A stretch of 64,000 bases of DNA from Nitrospirota bacterium (lineage in GTDB: Bacteria > Nitrospirota > UBA9217). Below the pieces are notes generated by a model. The model saw only the letters and a list, made by a program, of their open reading frames with translations, had not been told where the DNA came from and searched no databases. This document shows positions 1 to 11,227 of this stretch, piece after piece. How positions within the stretch are numbered: the stretch's first letter is position 1; the number at the start of each line of letters is the position of its first letter. Where the stretch lies: assembly GCA_963741205.1 (NCBI GenBank), contig CAVUHW010000027.1, forward strand, positions 64,001 to 128,000, read 5' to 3'. The position numbers and the translations under genes are program-made.

Positions 1-2
1 GA

Positions 3-233
3 TGGGACAAGCTGTCGGACCAGTGTGATTATGCGCTGTTCGATGCCGCGGCGCAGCTCAATCGGGCAGTGTCGACCTTGAGCTACGTGGTAAACGAGTG
101 CCGGGACGAACTGAAGACCTATTGCTCCGACATCTACCCCGGCGAGGGACGGCTGCTCCAGTGCCTCGAAAGGAACGATGAGAAGGTCAGCAAGCGGTGC
201 AAGCAGGCACTGAAAGATACGGGTTTGAAATAG
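3..233 (+). CDS. Cys-rich (GLG1/Cys_rich_FGFR-like repeat) protein, 5'-truncated by window
   Basis: Manual translation WDKLSDQCDYALFDAAAQLNRAV...ECRDELKTYCSDIYPGEGRLLQCLERNDEKVSKRCKQALKDTGLK*; close paralog of 6482..6895. Confidence 0.8.
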   Translation, partial: WDKLSDQCDYALFDAAAQLNRAVSTLSYVVNECRDELKTYCSDIYPGEGRLLQCLERNDEKVSKRCKQALKDTGLK

Positions 234-523
234 CGGCCGATGGATTCCGAATGCTTTTCTTTGTCCCTCTCCGGAAGGGAAGGATGTAGATGATGGTTCG
301 AATCTGTCCGGTGTCGGCATGCTGAACACCCGAGGATAGCAACCGGTGACAGTGTTTTTTCTCACATTGACTCTTAAAGCCGTGCATGATACAGTCAACA
401 TTAATTCTTCCTCACGTTTGATCAACTGCCATCATGCCGAGGAACTTTCGTTAATCAAGGCCTGCATGGTTGGGAGATTGCAGGTTCGGCGTTCAAAATA
501 ATTTATCCTCCGGGAGGTGTTCC

Positions 524-1759
524 ATGAGTTGTACTACGCAGCAACTGAAAAGCAACAGGTCCCTATTCCCGATCGTTACGCGGACCATACTTGGCCTTGT
601 CGCACTGGTTGTTGCAGGGACGCTGATCGCCGGCTGCAAGAAGGAAGTGAAAGTCAGCGGGCCGACGGACGTTGACGTGGCGGAGGCCGTCAAGCAGGAC
701 GTCCAGGTGGTCAGGGAGTGGGTGGGCAGCATGGACGGGTCGGTCAACGCCGTGATCCGCGCCCAGGTCCAGGGTTACCTCATAAAGCAGATGTACACGG
801 AGGGGCAGCTTGTCAAAAAAGGACAGGCAATGTTCCAGATAGACCCCCGGACCTTCCAGGCCGCCCTGGCCCAGACCAAGGCAGACGTGGCGCAGAAGAA
901 GGCGCGCTGGAACACGACCAAGGCGAACCTTGCGCGCGTCAGGCCGCTGGCCGAGCAGCATGCGGTGAGCATAAAGGATCTTGATGACGCCATTGGGAAC
1001 GAGCAGTCGGCCCATGCCGCCTACGACTCGGCAAAAGCTGCCATGGACAAGGCGAAGCTCGACCTCGGATTTACGCAGATCGCCTCGCCCATAGACGGCA
1101 TCGCGGGCATCGCCAAGGCCCAGATCGGTAATCTCGTCGGGCCGGGCCAAACCGAGGAGCTCACTACCGTTTCGGACGTCAATCCAATCAAGGTCTGGAT
1201 CCCCATCAGCGAGCAGGAGTTCCTTCATGCCCAGGCGGGCAAACCAATGAAGGGTCAGCCGAAACGTCAGATCGACCTGATTCTTGCCGACGGGAACGTC
1301 TATCCCCAAAAGGGTGAGTTCGCCTTTGCGGACAGGCAGGTGGACCCCTCGACCGGTACACTCAAGATCGCGGTCCTTTTCCCGAACCCGGAGAATGTGC
1401 TCAGGCCGGGCCAGTACGCCAAGGTCCGCGCGGTCATGGAAACGATCCCGGGGGCCGTGGTGGTTCCCCAGCGCGCCGTGAACGAGCTGCAGGGCAACTT
1501 CCAGGTGGCTGTCGTCGGACCTGACAACAAGGTCTCGGTCCGGACCGTGAAGGCGGGTCCCAAGACCGGGTCCCTGGTGGTGATCACGGAGGGGCTCAAG
1601 CCCGGAGAACGTATTGTGGTCGAGGGGCTCCAGAAGGTGAAGGACGGGATGACGGTCAATCCAAAACTGGTGTCCCCGGAGACGCCGGAGGCAGCTCCGT
1701 CTGCACCGCAACCCGCGCCCACCTCCGGCGGAAAACCCGTCGCGGGCCACGAACAATAG
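524..1759 (+). CDS. RND efflux periplasmic adaptor (membrane fusion protein), probable lipoprotein
   Basis: GGAGGT RBS before ATG 524; LIAGC lipobox; IRAQVQGYL, IASPIDGIAG, VDPSTGT, LRPGQYA motifs of AcrA/MexA family. Confidence 0.93.
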   Translation: MSCTTQQLKSNRSLFPIVTRTILGLVALVVAGTLIAGCKKEVKVSGPTDVDVAEAVKQDVQVVREWVGSMDGSVNAVIRAQVQGYLIKQMYTEGQLVKKGQAMFQIDPRTFQAALAQTKADVAQKKARWNTTKANLARVRPLAEQHAVSIKDLDDAIGNEQSAHAAYDSAKAAMDKAKLDLGFTQIASPIDGIAGIAKAQIGNLVGPGQTEELTTVSDVNPIKVWIPISEQEFLHAQAGKPMKGQPKRQIDLILADGNVYPQKGEFAFADRQVDPSTGTLKIAVLFPNPENVLRPGQYAKVRAVMETIPGAVVVPQRAVNELQGNFQVAVVGPDNKVSVRTVKAGPKTGSLVVITEGLKPGERIVVEGLQKVKDGMTVNPKLVSPETPEAAPSAPQPAPTSGGKPVAGHEQ

Positions 1760-1771
1760 GAGGCGATTGCC

Positions 1772-4700
1772 ATGGTTAAATTTTTTATCAACCGGCCCAT
1801 CGTTGCGATCGTCATCTCGATCATCATCGTCATCGTCGGCATCGTCTCGATCCTCGGCCTTCCCATCGCCCAGTACCCGAACATCGTGCCGCCTGAAATG
1901 GTGATCGACACGACCTATGTGGGCGCCGACGCCCAGACCGTTGAGCAGTCCGTAGCCACGCCCATCGAACAGCAGATGAGCGGCGTGGACAACATGAACT
2001 ACATGTACTCGCTCAACGCGAACAACGGGCAGATGAAGATGTACGTCAACTTCGACGTGAAGACGGACCCGAACATCGACCAGGTGCTCACCCAGATGCG
2101 CCAGGGTCAGGCCGCCTCCCAGCTTCCGTCCGACGTGCGCAACTTTGGCGTCACCGTCAAGAAGTCCACGTCGTCGCCGCTCATGGTCGTCTCGCTCACT
2201 TCGCCCAAGGGGACCTACGACGAGGTGTTCCTGGCGAACTACGCCAATATCAACATCAACGACCAGTTGACGCGCGTCCCCGGCATCGCCAGCGTCACGG
2301 TCTTCGGCGCCGGCCAGTACGCCATGCGCGTCTGGGTGCGTCCGGACCGGCTCGCGACCCTGAACATAACGATCCCGGAGATCACCGCCGCCATCCAGAA
2401 GCAGAACACCGTTAATCCTGCCGGCAAAGTGGGCGCCGAGCCCGCGCCTCCCGGCATGGAGTTTACCTACGCCGTCCGCGCCCAGGGGCGGCTCATAACA
2501 CCGGAGGAGTTCGGCCAGGTGGTCCTGCGGGCCAATCCCGACGGCTCGCTCGTGCGGCTCAAGGACGTGGCGCGCATCGAGCTAGGCGCCCAGACCTACG
2601 AGATGAAAGGCAGGCTCAACGGGAAGCCGGCGGCAGTGCTCGGCCTCTACCAGCTGCCGGGTACGAACGCGATCAACGCCGTGGACGGCGTCAAGAAGCT
2701 GATGAAGGAGGTCAGCAAGAACTTCCCCCAGGACCTGGAGTACAAGATCGCCCTGGACACGACCGAGGCGGTGCGGGAGGGCATCAGCGAGATCATCAGT
2801 ACGCTCATTGAGGCGATGATCCTCGTGATCATCGTGGTCTTCATCTTCCTGCAGGGCTGGCGGGCCACGCTCATCCCGGCGCTTGCCGTGCCGGTCTCGC
2901 TCATCGGCACCTTCGCCTTTTTCCCGGTGATCGGCTTCTCCATCAACACGATCGCGCTCATGGGCATGGTGCTGGCCATCGGTCTCGTCGTTGACGATGC
3001 CATCGTGGTGGTGGAGGCGGTGGAGCACCATATCGAGAAGGGCAAGACGCCCAAGGAAGCGGCCATGAAGGCCATGGAAGAGGTTGCCGGCCCCGTGGTG
3101 GCGATCGGCCTCGTGCTCTCCGCGGTCTTCCTGCCGACCGTATTCATCCCCGGCATCACCGGCAAGCTCTACCAGCAGTTCGCGGTCACCATCGCCATCT
3201 CGATGATGATCTCGGTCTTCGTGGCGTTGTCGCTCAGCCCGGCGCTCTCGGCCCTGATCCTGAAGCCGAGGAAGCCGGCCCGCGGTCTGCTTGGAAAGTT
3301 CTACGCGTGGTTCAATAACATGTTCGGCAAATCCACGAACGGGTACGTCCGGTTCTGCGGAACGCTCATCCGGAAGTCCGCCATGAGCCTCATCTTCCTC
3401 GGCATTATCACGCTGCTGGTCGGGGTCCTGGGCAAGGGGCTGCCGGGCGGGTTCCTGCCCGAAGAGGACCAGGGCTACTTCTATGCAGGCATCCAGCTTC
3501 CGAACGCCTCTTCGCTCCAGCGGACCGACGCTGCGGTGAAGGACATGGAAAAGATCATCATGGATACGCCGGGCGTCGAGTACTGCACAAGCATCATGGG
3601 ATACAGCATGCTCTCCGGCGTGGTGAACACCTACAGCGGTTTCTTCTTCGTTACCCTGAAACCATGGGGCGAACGGAAAAGCGCAGAAGAGAAATACAGC
3701 AATCTCCTGGCGGGCCTGAACGCCAAACTGGCCAAGATGCCGCAGGGCGTGGCGTTCGCCTTCTCGCCGCCCGCCATCCCGGGCATCGGCACCGCGGGCG
3801 GCGTGACCTTCCTGCTCGAGGACCGGGCCGGCAAGGACATCGCCTTCCTGGCCCAGAACACCCAGAAGTTCATGGCCGAAGCGGTAAAGCGGCCCGAGAT
3901 CGCCCGGGCGACCACGACCTTTCTGCCTACGGTGCCGCAGCTCTTCATCAACGTGGACCGCGACAAGGTCCTGAAGCAGGGCGTGGACCTGCAGAACGTC
4001 TATGGTACCCTTCAGGCCTTCATGGGCGGCGCCTTCGTGAACTACTTCAACCGGTTCGGCAGACAGTGGCAGGTCTACGTTCAGGCCGAAGGCGACGCGC
4101 GCGTCCGCGCCGAGCAGCTTGGACAGTTCTACGTGCGGAACAGCAAGGGCCAGCCCGTACCGCTCTCGGCGGTCACGAGCATTGAGCAGCGCTCAGGCCC
4201 GGAATTCACCATGCGGTACAATCTTTACCGTTCAGCCCAGATCAACGTTGTGCCGAAGCCGGGCTACAGCTCGACCCAGGCTATGCAAGCACTGCAGGAG
4301 GTCTTCAAAGCGACCATGCCGACGGAGATGGGATATGACTACCTCGGTATGTCCTTCCAGGAAAAGAAGGCCCAGGAAGGTGTTCCTGCGTGGGTGGTCT
4401 TCGCGCTGTCGCTGCTCTTTGTCTTCCTGATCCTGGCGGCGCAGTACGAGAGCTGGTCGTTGCCCTTCAGTGTGCTGCTCGGCACACCGATCGCCGTGTT
4501 CGGCGCCTTTGCCGCCATCTTCATCGGCCGGATGGAACTGAACATTTATGCCCAGATCGGCCTTGTCATGCTGATCGGGCTGGCTGCCAAGAACGCCATC
4601 CTGATCGTCGAGTTCGCGAAAATCGAATACGACAAGGGCAAGAGCGCCGAGGACGCTGCCCTGGAAGGCGCTAAACTTCGGCTGCGGCCGATCCTGATGA

Positions 4701-4924
4701 CCTCATTCGCCTTCATCCTCGGGTGCGTGCCGCTTGCCACGGCGTCGGGTGCCGGCGCCCTGTCGAGGAACGTCATGGGTCTCGGGGTGATCGGCGGCAT
4801 GCTCGCCGCAACGGGCATTGGCGTGTTCCTGATCCCCGTGGCCTTCACCGTGGTCGAGAAACTGTCCCACAAAAAGAAACCGCACAGCGGATCGCAGGGA
4901 CCGGGAAAGGAAGGACACGAATAA
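1772..4924 (+). CDS. RND efflux permease, HAE1 (AcrB/MexB-like)
   Basis: 1050 aa; FFINRPIVA start, AIGLVVDDAIVVVE, AKNAILIVEFAK, RLRPILMTSFAF. Confidence 0.96.
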   Translation: MVKFFINRPIVAIVISIIIVIVGIVSILGLPIAQYPNIVPPEMVIDTTYVGADAQTVEQSVATPIEQQMSGVDNMNYMYSLNANNGQMKMYVNFDVKTDPNIDQVLTQMRQGQAASQLPSDVRNFGVTVKKSTSSPLMVVSLTSPKGTYDEVFLANYANININDQLTRVPGIASVTVFGAGQYAMRVWVRPDRLATLNITIPEITAAIQKQNTVNPAGKVGAEPAPPGMEFTYAVRAQGRLITPEEFGQVVLRANPDGSLVRLKDVARIELGAQTYEMKGRLNGKPAAVLGLYQLPGTNAINAVDGVKKLMKEVSKNFPQDLEYKIALDTTEAVREGISEIISTLIEAMILVIIVVFIFLQGWRATLIPALAVPVSLIGTFAFFPVIGFSINTIALMGMVLAIGLVVDDAIVVVEAVEHHIEKGKTPKEAAMKAMEEVAGPVVAIGLVLSAVFLPTVFIPGITGKLYQQFAVTIAISMMISVFVALSLSPALSALILKPRKPARGLLGKFYAWFNNMFGKSTNGYVRFCGTLIRKSAMSLIFLGIITLLVGVLGKGLPGGFLPEEDQGYFYAGIQLPNASSLQRTDAAVKDMEKIIMDTPGVEYCTSIMGYSMLSGVVNTYSGFFFVTLKPWGERKSAEEKYSNLLAGLNAKLAKMPQGVAFAFSPPAIPGIGTAGGVTFLLEDRAGKDIAFLAQNTQKFMAEAVKRPEIARATTTFLPTVPQLFINVDRDKVLKQGVDLQNVYGTLQAFMGGAFVNYFNRFGRQWQVYVQAEGDARVRAEQLGQFYVRNSKGQPVPLSAVTSIEQRSGPEFTMRYNLYRSAQINVVPKPGYSSTQAMQALQEVFKATMPTEMGYDYLGMSFQEKKAQEGVPAWVVFALSLLFVFLILAAQYESWSLPFSVLLGTPIAVFGAFAAIFIGRMELNIYAQIGLVMLIGLAAKNAILIVEFAKIEYDKGKSAEDAALEGAKLRLRPILMTSFAFILGCVPLATASGAGALSRNVMGLGVIGGMLAATGIGVFLIPVAFTVVEKLSHKKKPHSGSQGPGKEGHE

Positions 4925-6399
4925 TGATACAGCGAGCGATCATTGTTACGACGACCCTGCTCCTGTTCGCAGGATGCGCCATCGGGCCCGATTACCGCAA
5001 GCCGGAGATCGCATCGCCGCCGGCATGGATGGTCGACATGCAGAAGGCGAAGGACACGGCGAACACAATGTGGTGGATGCAGTTCAATGACCCCACACTG
5101 AACGACCTGATCACGACCGCGCTCAAGGAGAACTATGATCTCCGTACTGCCACTGCGCGTGTCGAAGAGTTCTATGGCCGGTACGGCGCGACGCGGGCGG
5201 ACCTCTTCCCGCAGGTGGGCTACGGCGCGTCAGGGAGCAGGGTGCAGGCGAGCCAGAAGGGCCCCCTCGCGCTGGCGCCGGGCACCAGTTCGCTCTACGA
5301 CTCCTACGACGCCCAATTCACCGCGAGCTGGGAGATCGACCTCTGGGGCAAGGTCAGGCGCGCGACCGAGGCGGCAAAGGCAGACCTCATGGCTGCCGAA
5401 GATTTTCGGAGCGGCGTGATCCTGTCGCTCGTCACCTCGGTGGCAACAGCATACATAGACCTCCGCTCCCTCGACCAGCAGCTTGAGATCGCACGGCAGA
5501 CCGCGAAGAGCAGAGAGGAATCGGTAAAGCTCTTCGATCTCCGTTTTAAGGGCGGCAATATCTCAGAGATGGAATTGAGCCAGGTCAAATCTGAATATTA
5601 TGTCGCCCTGGCCGCGATCCCGGACCTGGAAAAGCGCGTCCGGCAGCAGGAGAACCTCATCAATTTCCTGCTCGGCAGGAATCCCGGTCCGATCGTGCGG
5701 GGCAAGGTTATCAATGATATCACACTGCCTGAAGTACCTGCCGGACTTCCATCGGACCTCCTTGCCCGGCGTCCCGACATCCGGCAGGCAGAACAAGCGC
5801 TCATAGCGGCGAATGCCCGTATCGGCGTTGCAAAGGCGCAATACTTCCCCACCATCTCGCTCACGGGCCTCTTCGGCTCAGTCAGCACGGACCTTAAGGA
5901 CCTGTTCACCGGGCCGGCACAGGCCTGGAATTATGCCGGCTCCCTTGCAGGACCGATCTTCACGGCAGGCAAGATCAAGGGGAACGTGAAGGCCGCCCAG
6001 GCCGCACAGAGAGAAGCCCTGTTCGGGTACGAGAATGCGGTCCAGAACGGGTTCCGCGAGTTCGAGGACGCACTCATCGACCAGGACCGGACGCGTGTCC
6101 AGCTCGAGGCGCAGAAGAACCAGGTCGAGGCGCTCGCCACCTACGCCCGGCTGGCGCGGCTCCGCTATGAGAACGGCTACACAAGCTACATCGAGGTGCT
6201 CGATGGCGAGCGCAGTCTCTTCAGCGGCCAGCTGACTTACGCCCAGACGCAGGACCTGCTCCTCCGCGCACTGGTGAACCTTTACAAGGCAACGGGAGGC
6301 GGATGGGTGATGGAAGCGGACAAACTCTCGCAACCGCCGGCCCCGGAGTCACAGCCCGGAGGGACGCAGCCCGCGCCAACGACCGGAAGCAAAAAATAA
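4924..6399 (+). CDS. RND outer membrane factor lipoprotein (NodT/OprM family)
   Basis: ATG overlaps permease stop; FAGC lipobox; SWEIDLWGK, PAGLPSDLLARRPDIRQAE, LYKATGGGW. Confidence 0.94.
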   Translation: MIQRAIIVTTTLLLFAGCAIGPDYRKPEIASPPAWMVDMQKAKDTANTMWWMQFNDPTLNDLITTALKENYDLRTATARVEEFYGRYGATRADLFPQVGYGASGSRVQASQKGPLALAPGTSSLYDSYDAQFTASWEIDLWGKVRRATEAAKADLMAAEDFRSGVILSLVTSVATAYIDLRSLDQQLEIARQTAKSREESVKLFDLRFKGGNISEMELSQVKSEYYVALAAIPDLEKRVRQQENLINFLLGRNPGPIVRGKVINDITLPEVPAGLPSDLLARRPDIRQAEQALIAANARIGVAKAQYFPTISLTGLFGSVSTDLKDLFTGPAQAWNYAGSLAGPIFTAGKIKGNVKAAQAAQREALFGYENAVQNGFREFEDALIDQDRTRVQLEAQKNQVEALATYARLARLRYENGYTSYIEVLDGERSLFSGQLTYAQTQDLLLRALVNLYKATGGGWVMEADKLSQPPAPESQPGGTQPAPTTGSKK

Positions 6400-6481
6400 C
6401 AGAACATGAAAAACGGGGTCTGTTGACTCGAATATTAGTCCAGAAAGCAGTCATCAAACATCATGAAAGGAGGAAGTAAAC

Positions 6482-6895
6482 ATGCGGTATGCAATGGTAT
6501 GGATGGTGGTAATCGGTATGGTGCTGGTGTTCAGTGGGGGCGCCTCGGCTCAGCAGGCGCTGATCCAAAGTGTGACAAAGGGGTGTGAGAAGGAGCTTAA
6601 AACGTACTGCAAGGATGTGACGCCCGGTGAGGGACGGGTTCTCGCCTGCCTCTATGCCCACGAAGACAAGCTGTCGGGCAAATGCGAGTACGCGCTCTAC
6701 GACGCCGCGGCGCAGCTCGAGCGGGCGGTGAACGCCCTTGCCTACATGGCGAATGAGTGCGCAGACGACCTGAAGGCCAATTGCTCCGGCATCAAACCGG
6801 GCGAGGGGCGGCTGCTCCAGTGCATCGAGAAGAACGACGCGAAGATCAGCAAACGGTGCAAGGATGCGCTGAAGGACACGGGATTGAAAAAATAG
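6482..6895 (+). CDS. Secreted Cys-rich GLG1-like repeat protein (two repeats)
   Basis: AGGAGG RBS; signal peptide; two C-x7-C..PGEGRxLxCL..C repeats. Confidence 0.8.
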   Translation: MRYAMVWMVVIGMVLVFSGGASAQQALIQSVTKGCEKELKTYCKDVTPGEGRVLACLYAHEDKLSGKCEYALYDAAAQLERAVNALAYMANECADDLKANCSGIKPGEGRLLQCIEKNDAKISKRCKDALKDTGLKK

Positions 6896-6911
6896 CTCGC
6901 TGAACGATTTT

Positions 6912-6943
6912 CTTCGTCCCTCTCCGGGAGGGGAGGGACGAAG
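6912..6943 (+). terminator. GC-rich hairpin after Cys-rich gene
   Basis: CTTCGTCCCTCTCC...GGGGAGGGACGAAG inverted repeat; no strong U-tract; related sequence at ~255-290. Confidence 0.45.
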
Positions 6944-7101
6944 GCATTGTCCTGACAGGAAATGATAAGGGCAAACGCAGCGGTTCTCTTTTCTATCGGA
7001 GTCCTATGAGCATGCCGCCGAATGCTCAGACCGGGGAGTGAAAGTTCCAGACGCCGCGCTTGGGTGAGGCGGCGTACCGCGGCTGCAAGGAGGGAATACC
7101 T

Positions 7102-7515
7102 ATGAAACGATCAATTCTTATGGCACCGGCAATGCTGATGGGAACATCAGTGGCTTTCATACTATTCATAGCTGCGCTGCCTGTATTCGCGCAGACAATA
7201 ACAACCCCCTGTACCAATGACTTAAAACAATTCTGCGGCGATGTCACACACGGCGGCGGCCGCCTGGTCAGCTGCTACCAACAGAAGAAGGACCAGATGT
7301 CCGCGGCCTGCCGGGTCTATGCGGACGGAGCGATAGCGAACGCAGCCGTTCTGAAGAAGGCGTGCTCCAAGGAAATAGATGCACGCTGCAACTTCGAAAA
7401 AGGCGACCCCCTGGAGATGCTTGACTGCCTCCAGGGGAACTATATCGATCTGTCGGGTGAATGCAGAGACAGTCTGAATGAATTCAAGGGCAGATATCGG
7501 AAACCCGTACAATAA
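7102..7515 (+). CDS. Secreted Cys-rich GLG1-like repeat protein
   Basis: AGGAGGG RBS; signal peptide; CTNDLKQFCGDVTHGGGRLVSC and CSKEIDARC..MLDCL repeats. Confidence 0.75.
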   Translation: MKRSILMAPAMLMGTSVAFILFIAALPVFAQTITTPCTNDLKQFCGDVTHGGGRLVSCYQQKKDQMSAACRVYADGAIANAAVLKKACSKEIDARCNFEKGDPLEMLDCLQGNYIDLSGECRDSLNEFKGRYRKPVQ

Positions 7516-7689
7516 CCGCCTTGAGCACCGAAGAAGATCGGCAGCGCGCTACGGAGAGCTCCAATGCAAGGAGTCCGGTATTGAAGAAGCAGTGCGTTGA
7601 TACAGTTTTCGCAAAGTTTTTTGCACTTCCTCACGCCGTTCGAAACGGATTGACCGCGGAAGCAGGAGCATCAAGAGGAGGCTCCCGGA

Positions 7690-10061
7690 ATGAAGAAGGT
7701 CACCTATATGGTTCACTCGTTTCTGCTTATCACCGCTTTGGCGATGAATGCTCTTCCTCTTGCCGTAGCTGAGGAGGAGAGTGCCTGCCTCCAATGCAGT
7801 GGCCATCGACGAGGGCTGGCCGCGGCAGAAACAGCAGGACGGCAATACGCTCATCTACTATCAGCCCCAGCTGGACAGCTGGCAGGACCAGAAAGTGCTG
7901 AAGGCCCGCATTGCCGTAGAGGTCACGCTTCAGGGGCAGAAGCAGCCGATCGCCGGCGCGGTCTGGATCAAGGCGGATACCGATGCCGACCTCGAGAGCC
8001 GGACCGTCACGCTCGACGACATCGAGGTCGAAAAGATGAGCTTTGCGGTGCTCGACACCGCCCTTTCGAGCGCGGCGGAAAAGGCCGTCAATGCCATGAT
8101 CGGCCGCAAACCGCTGGTCGTTGCCCTCGATCGCATCCTGGCCGGGCTCCGGCAGACGGAGCTGGCCGCGGCAAAGAACATCGAGCTCAAGAACGACCCG
8201 CCGAAGATCATCGTCGTCTTCGAGCCTGCGCGGCTCCTGATCTTCGACGGCCAGCCGGTGTTCGCCAAGATCGAGGGCACGAACCTGAAGTACGCGATCA
8301 ACACCAACTGGACCGTGCTCACTGAAGAGGCCACGTCCAACTACTATCTGCTCGACGGTACGACCTGGCTCTTCACGAACAAGCTGGGAGGCAAATGGAC
8401 GCTGGCCAAGTCCCTTCCCGGCGACCTCGCCCGGCTTCCCGCGGACGACAACTTCAAGGATGCCCGGGAGAACGCGCAGGCGCAGAAGCCCCAGTACAGC
8501 AAGCCCCCGAGGGTCTTCGAAGTCACCGATCCGGCTGAACTGATCGTGATCGATGGAAAGCCAAATTACCAGTCCGCCGGGCCTGAAGGCCTGCATTATG
8601 TTGCGAACACCGAGGCGGACCTCTTCTACAATGATGGCGACAAGAGCTGGTACTTCCTCGTGGCCGGCCGCTGGTACCGGACATCGAAGTCGCTCGAAGG
8701 ACCGTGGAGCTTTGCCACGGGCGATTTGCCGAAGGTCTTTGCCTCGATTCCGGCAGGGGGGCCCAAAGGACGCGTGCTCTATTCGGTGCCAGGCACTCCC
8801 CAGGCGCAGGAATCGGTGCGCGCTGCCGGGATCCCCCAGACAGCAAGGATCAAGCCCGGTGACGTGAAACTGAACGTGTCGTACGACGGGGACCCGAAGT
8901 TCGAGCCGATCACGGGCACGACCCCGCCGCTCCAGTATGCCGTGAACGCATCGGTCCCGGTGATCAAGGTGAGCAACACTGCATACTACGCCTGCGAGCG
9001 CGGTATCTGGTTCGCCGCTGCCGAGCCGAAAGGTCCGTGGGTCGTGGCGTCCACGGTACCGCAAGCGATTTATACCATCCCCCCCAGTTCACCGCTCTAC
9101 CCGGTAACGTACGTGGTCCAGTACCAGCAGTCGCCGTCTTCTGACGAAGTGGTGGCGAGCTACACATCGGGCTATACGGGTTGTTACGTAAGCTACGGCG
9201 TGTGCCTGCTGGGGCACCGGCTACTACTATCCTCCGTACTGGGGCTATCCCCCCTACGGCTACCCCATTTACTATCCCCGTCCCTATACCTGGGGCGCTC
9301 ATGCCTGGTACAACCCGGCAACCAGCACTTATTACCGGGGCGGCGGCGCTTACGGACCGTATGGTGGTTTCGGAGCAGGTGCGTCCTATAATGCGGCCAC
9401 GGGAACGTATAAACGGGGATATGGCGCATACGGCCCTGCCGGCGGGTACAAGGTCGGTCAGGCGTACAACTCCCGGACCGGGGCTTGGGCAACGGGCGCT
9501 GCAGCCTACGGGCCCAACGGATCGGTCCGCGCGGCCCAGGGATACAATCCGTCAACGGGAACGCGATTTGCGGGCGCGCAGGGTTCGAACGTGTACGGAA
9601 GCTGGGGCGCCGGGGTCGTGTCGCGCGGCGACCAGTGGGTCAAGGGCGGCTATGTGAGCACCGGTCAGGGTACGGTGGGGGGCATCAGGACCTCGGAAGG
9701 ATCAAGCGTAGTCAAGGGGCAGAACAACACCTATGTGGGCAATGACGGCAATGTCTACCGCAAGAACGAATCGGGCTGGTCCAAGTACGAGAACGGAGCG
9801 TGGAATTCTGTTGACCGGTCACGGGGAAACACAGCCTCGCAGCTTCCGGCAGCTGATCGCGCGGGTCAGGCCGGAAGCAGGGACGTGACCAGTGATCTGA
9901 ACCGCGAGAGTGCGAACCGGTCCGCCGGAGATCAGCGCACCAGCCAGTGGAACAGTCAGTATAATCAGCGCAGTGCGCAGCCCGCTCAGCTGAGCGCTCC
10001 GGCAGCCGCTCCGCGCGGCGGCGGAGGCGGGGGCATGCGCGGAGGCGGGGGACGCCGCTGA
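7690..10061 (+). CDS. Large secreted protein (~790 aa) with Gly/Tyr-rich YNPxTG repeats; two apparent indels (~7780, ~9205)
   Basis: Signal peptide in 7690 frame, body in 7781 frame (WPRQ..IYYQPQLDSW), tail in 9591 frame ending in Gly/Arg run. Confidence 0.7.
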
Positions 10062-10165
10062 AAAAAATGATTCATGGTAGCTCCAAAAAAAATAAAGTTC
10101 GAGCGTAAGTCTGGCGATGGGGAAAAAGGAGAGAGTATCCTGCAGTATCTGGTACCCTGAAGGCA

Positions 10166-11146
10166 TTGATGATAAAAACTGTGATCAATGAACAGAGAAT
10201 ATCAGAAAATCGTCACCTCGGCAGAAGGCATTTCAGTCGATGGATAGCGGAGAGCATGGCAGTTGCCATTCTCACTCTGCTCCTCGGTATCGCTGGGACA
10301 GCACAGGCGCAGCAGCTCGAACCCCGGGCCTACTCGCCGGCGCCCATAGGACTGAACTTCCTCGGGCTGGCTATGCTTTACACAAGCGGGGGGGTAGTCA
10401 CCGACCCTGCCGCGCCGGTCCAGAACGTTCAAGCCAGGGTCTACAGCATGGCACCCTATTACGGACATACATTCGGTCTCTTCGGGCGTCTGGCGAATTT
10501 TACCGTGGTGACGCCCTTCGCGGAAGCCAAGGCCCATGGCGATGTGCAGACGGTAAGCCACAGCATCGATCGTACCGGAATGCTCGACCCGCAGGTGCGG
10601 TTCGCTGTGAACCTGCTTGGCGGTCCTGCGCTGAAACCGCTGGAATTCGTCCGGCACAAGCAGGAGACCACCTTGGGCGCGAGCCTCACCGTCACTGCCC
10701 CCTTTGGCCAGTATGATTCGGCGAAGCTGATAAACCTCGGCACAAACCGATGGGCATATAAACCTGAGCTGGGGCTCTCCCAGCCGGTCGGCAATTGGGT
10801 ATTCGAGCTCTACGCCGGGGTCTGGTTGTTTGAGGACAACAAGGACTTCTTCGGCGGCCAGGTCAAAAGGCAGGACCCTCTTCAGTCATATCAGGCGCAC
10901 ATTGGGTACGATGTGCGGCCGCGTCTGTGGGCAGCCTTCGACTTCACCTATTATACCGGTGGGGAGACTACGATCAATGGCCAGCCCAAGAACGACCGGC
11001 AAGAAAATACCCGCGTCGGGCTGACGCTCTCGGTCCCGGTCAAGCAGAACCAGTCCTTGAAACTGAACTGGTCGCGGGGAGCAACGGTCCGTATCGGCTC
11101 TAATTTCGATACCCTCGGCGTGGCTTGGCAGTTGACCTGGTTCTGA
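10166..11146 (+). CDS. Outer-membrane beta-barrel transporter (MetA-pathway-of-phenol-degradation/SphA-like); probable start 10256
   Basis: AQQLEPRAYSPAPIG, APFGQYDSAKLINLGTNRWAYKPELG, C-terminal WF. Confidence 0.78.
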   Translation: MMIKTVINEQRISENRHLGRRHFSRWIAESMAVAILTLLLGIAGTAQAQQLEPRAYSPAPIGLNFLGLAMLYTSGGVVTDPAAPVQNVQARVYSMAPYYGHTFGLFGRLANFTVVTPFAEAKAHGDVQTVSHSIDRTGMLDPQVRFAVNLLGGPALKPLEFVRHKQETTLGASLTVTAPFGQYDSAKLINLGTNRWAYKPELGLSQPVGNWVFELYAGVWLFEDNKDFFGGQVKRQDPLQSYQAHIGYDVRPRLWAAFDFTYYTGGETTINGQPKNDRQENTRVGLTLSVPVKQNQSLKLNWSRGATVRIGSNFDTLGVAWQLTWF

Positions 11147-11227
11147 CCCTGCGGCCGCATTCCCGCCTGAGGCGGGCTCGAGGGCAACCATTATTGATTT
11201 TTGTTTTTCACTTTACATGAGGAGGGT

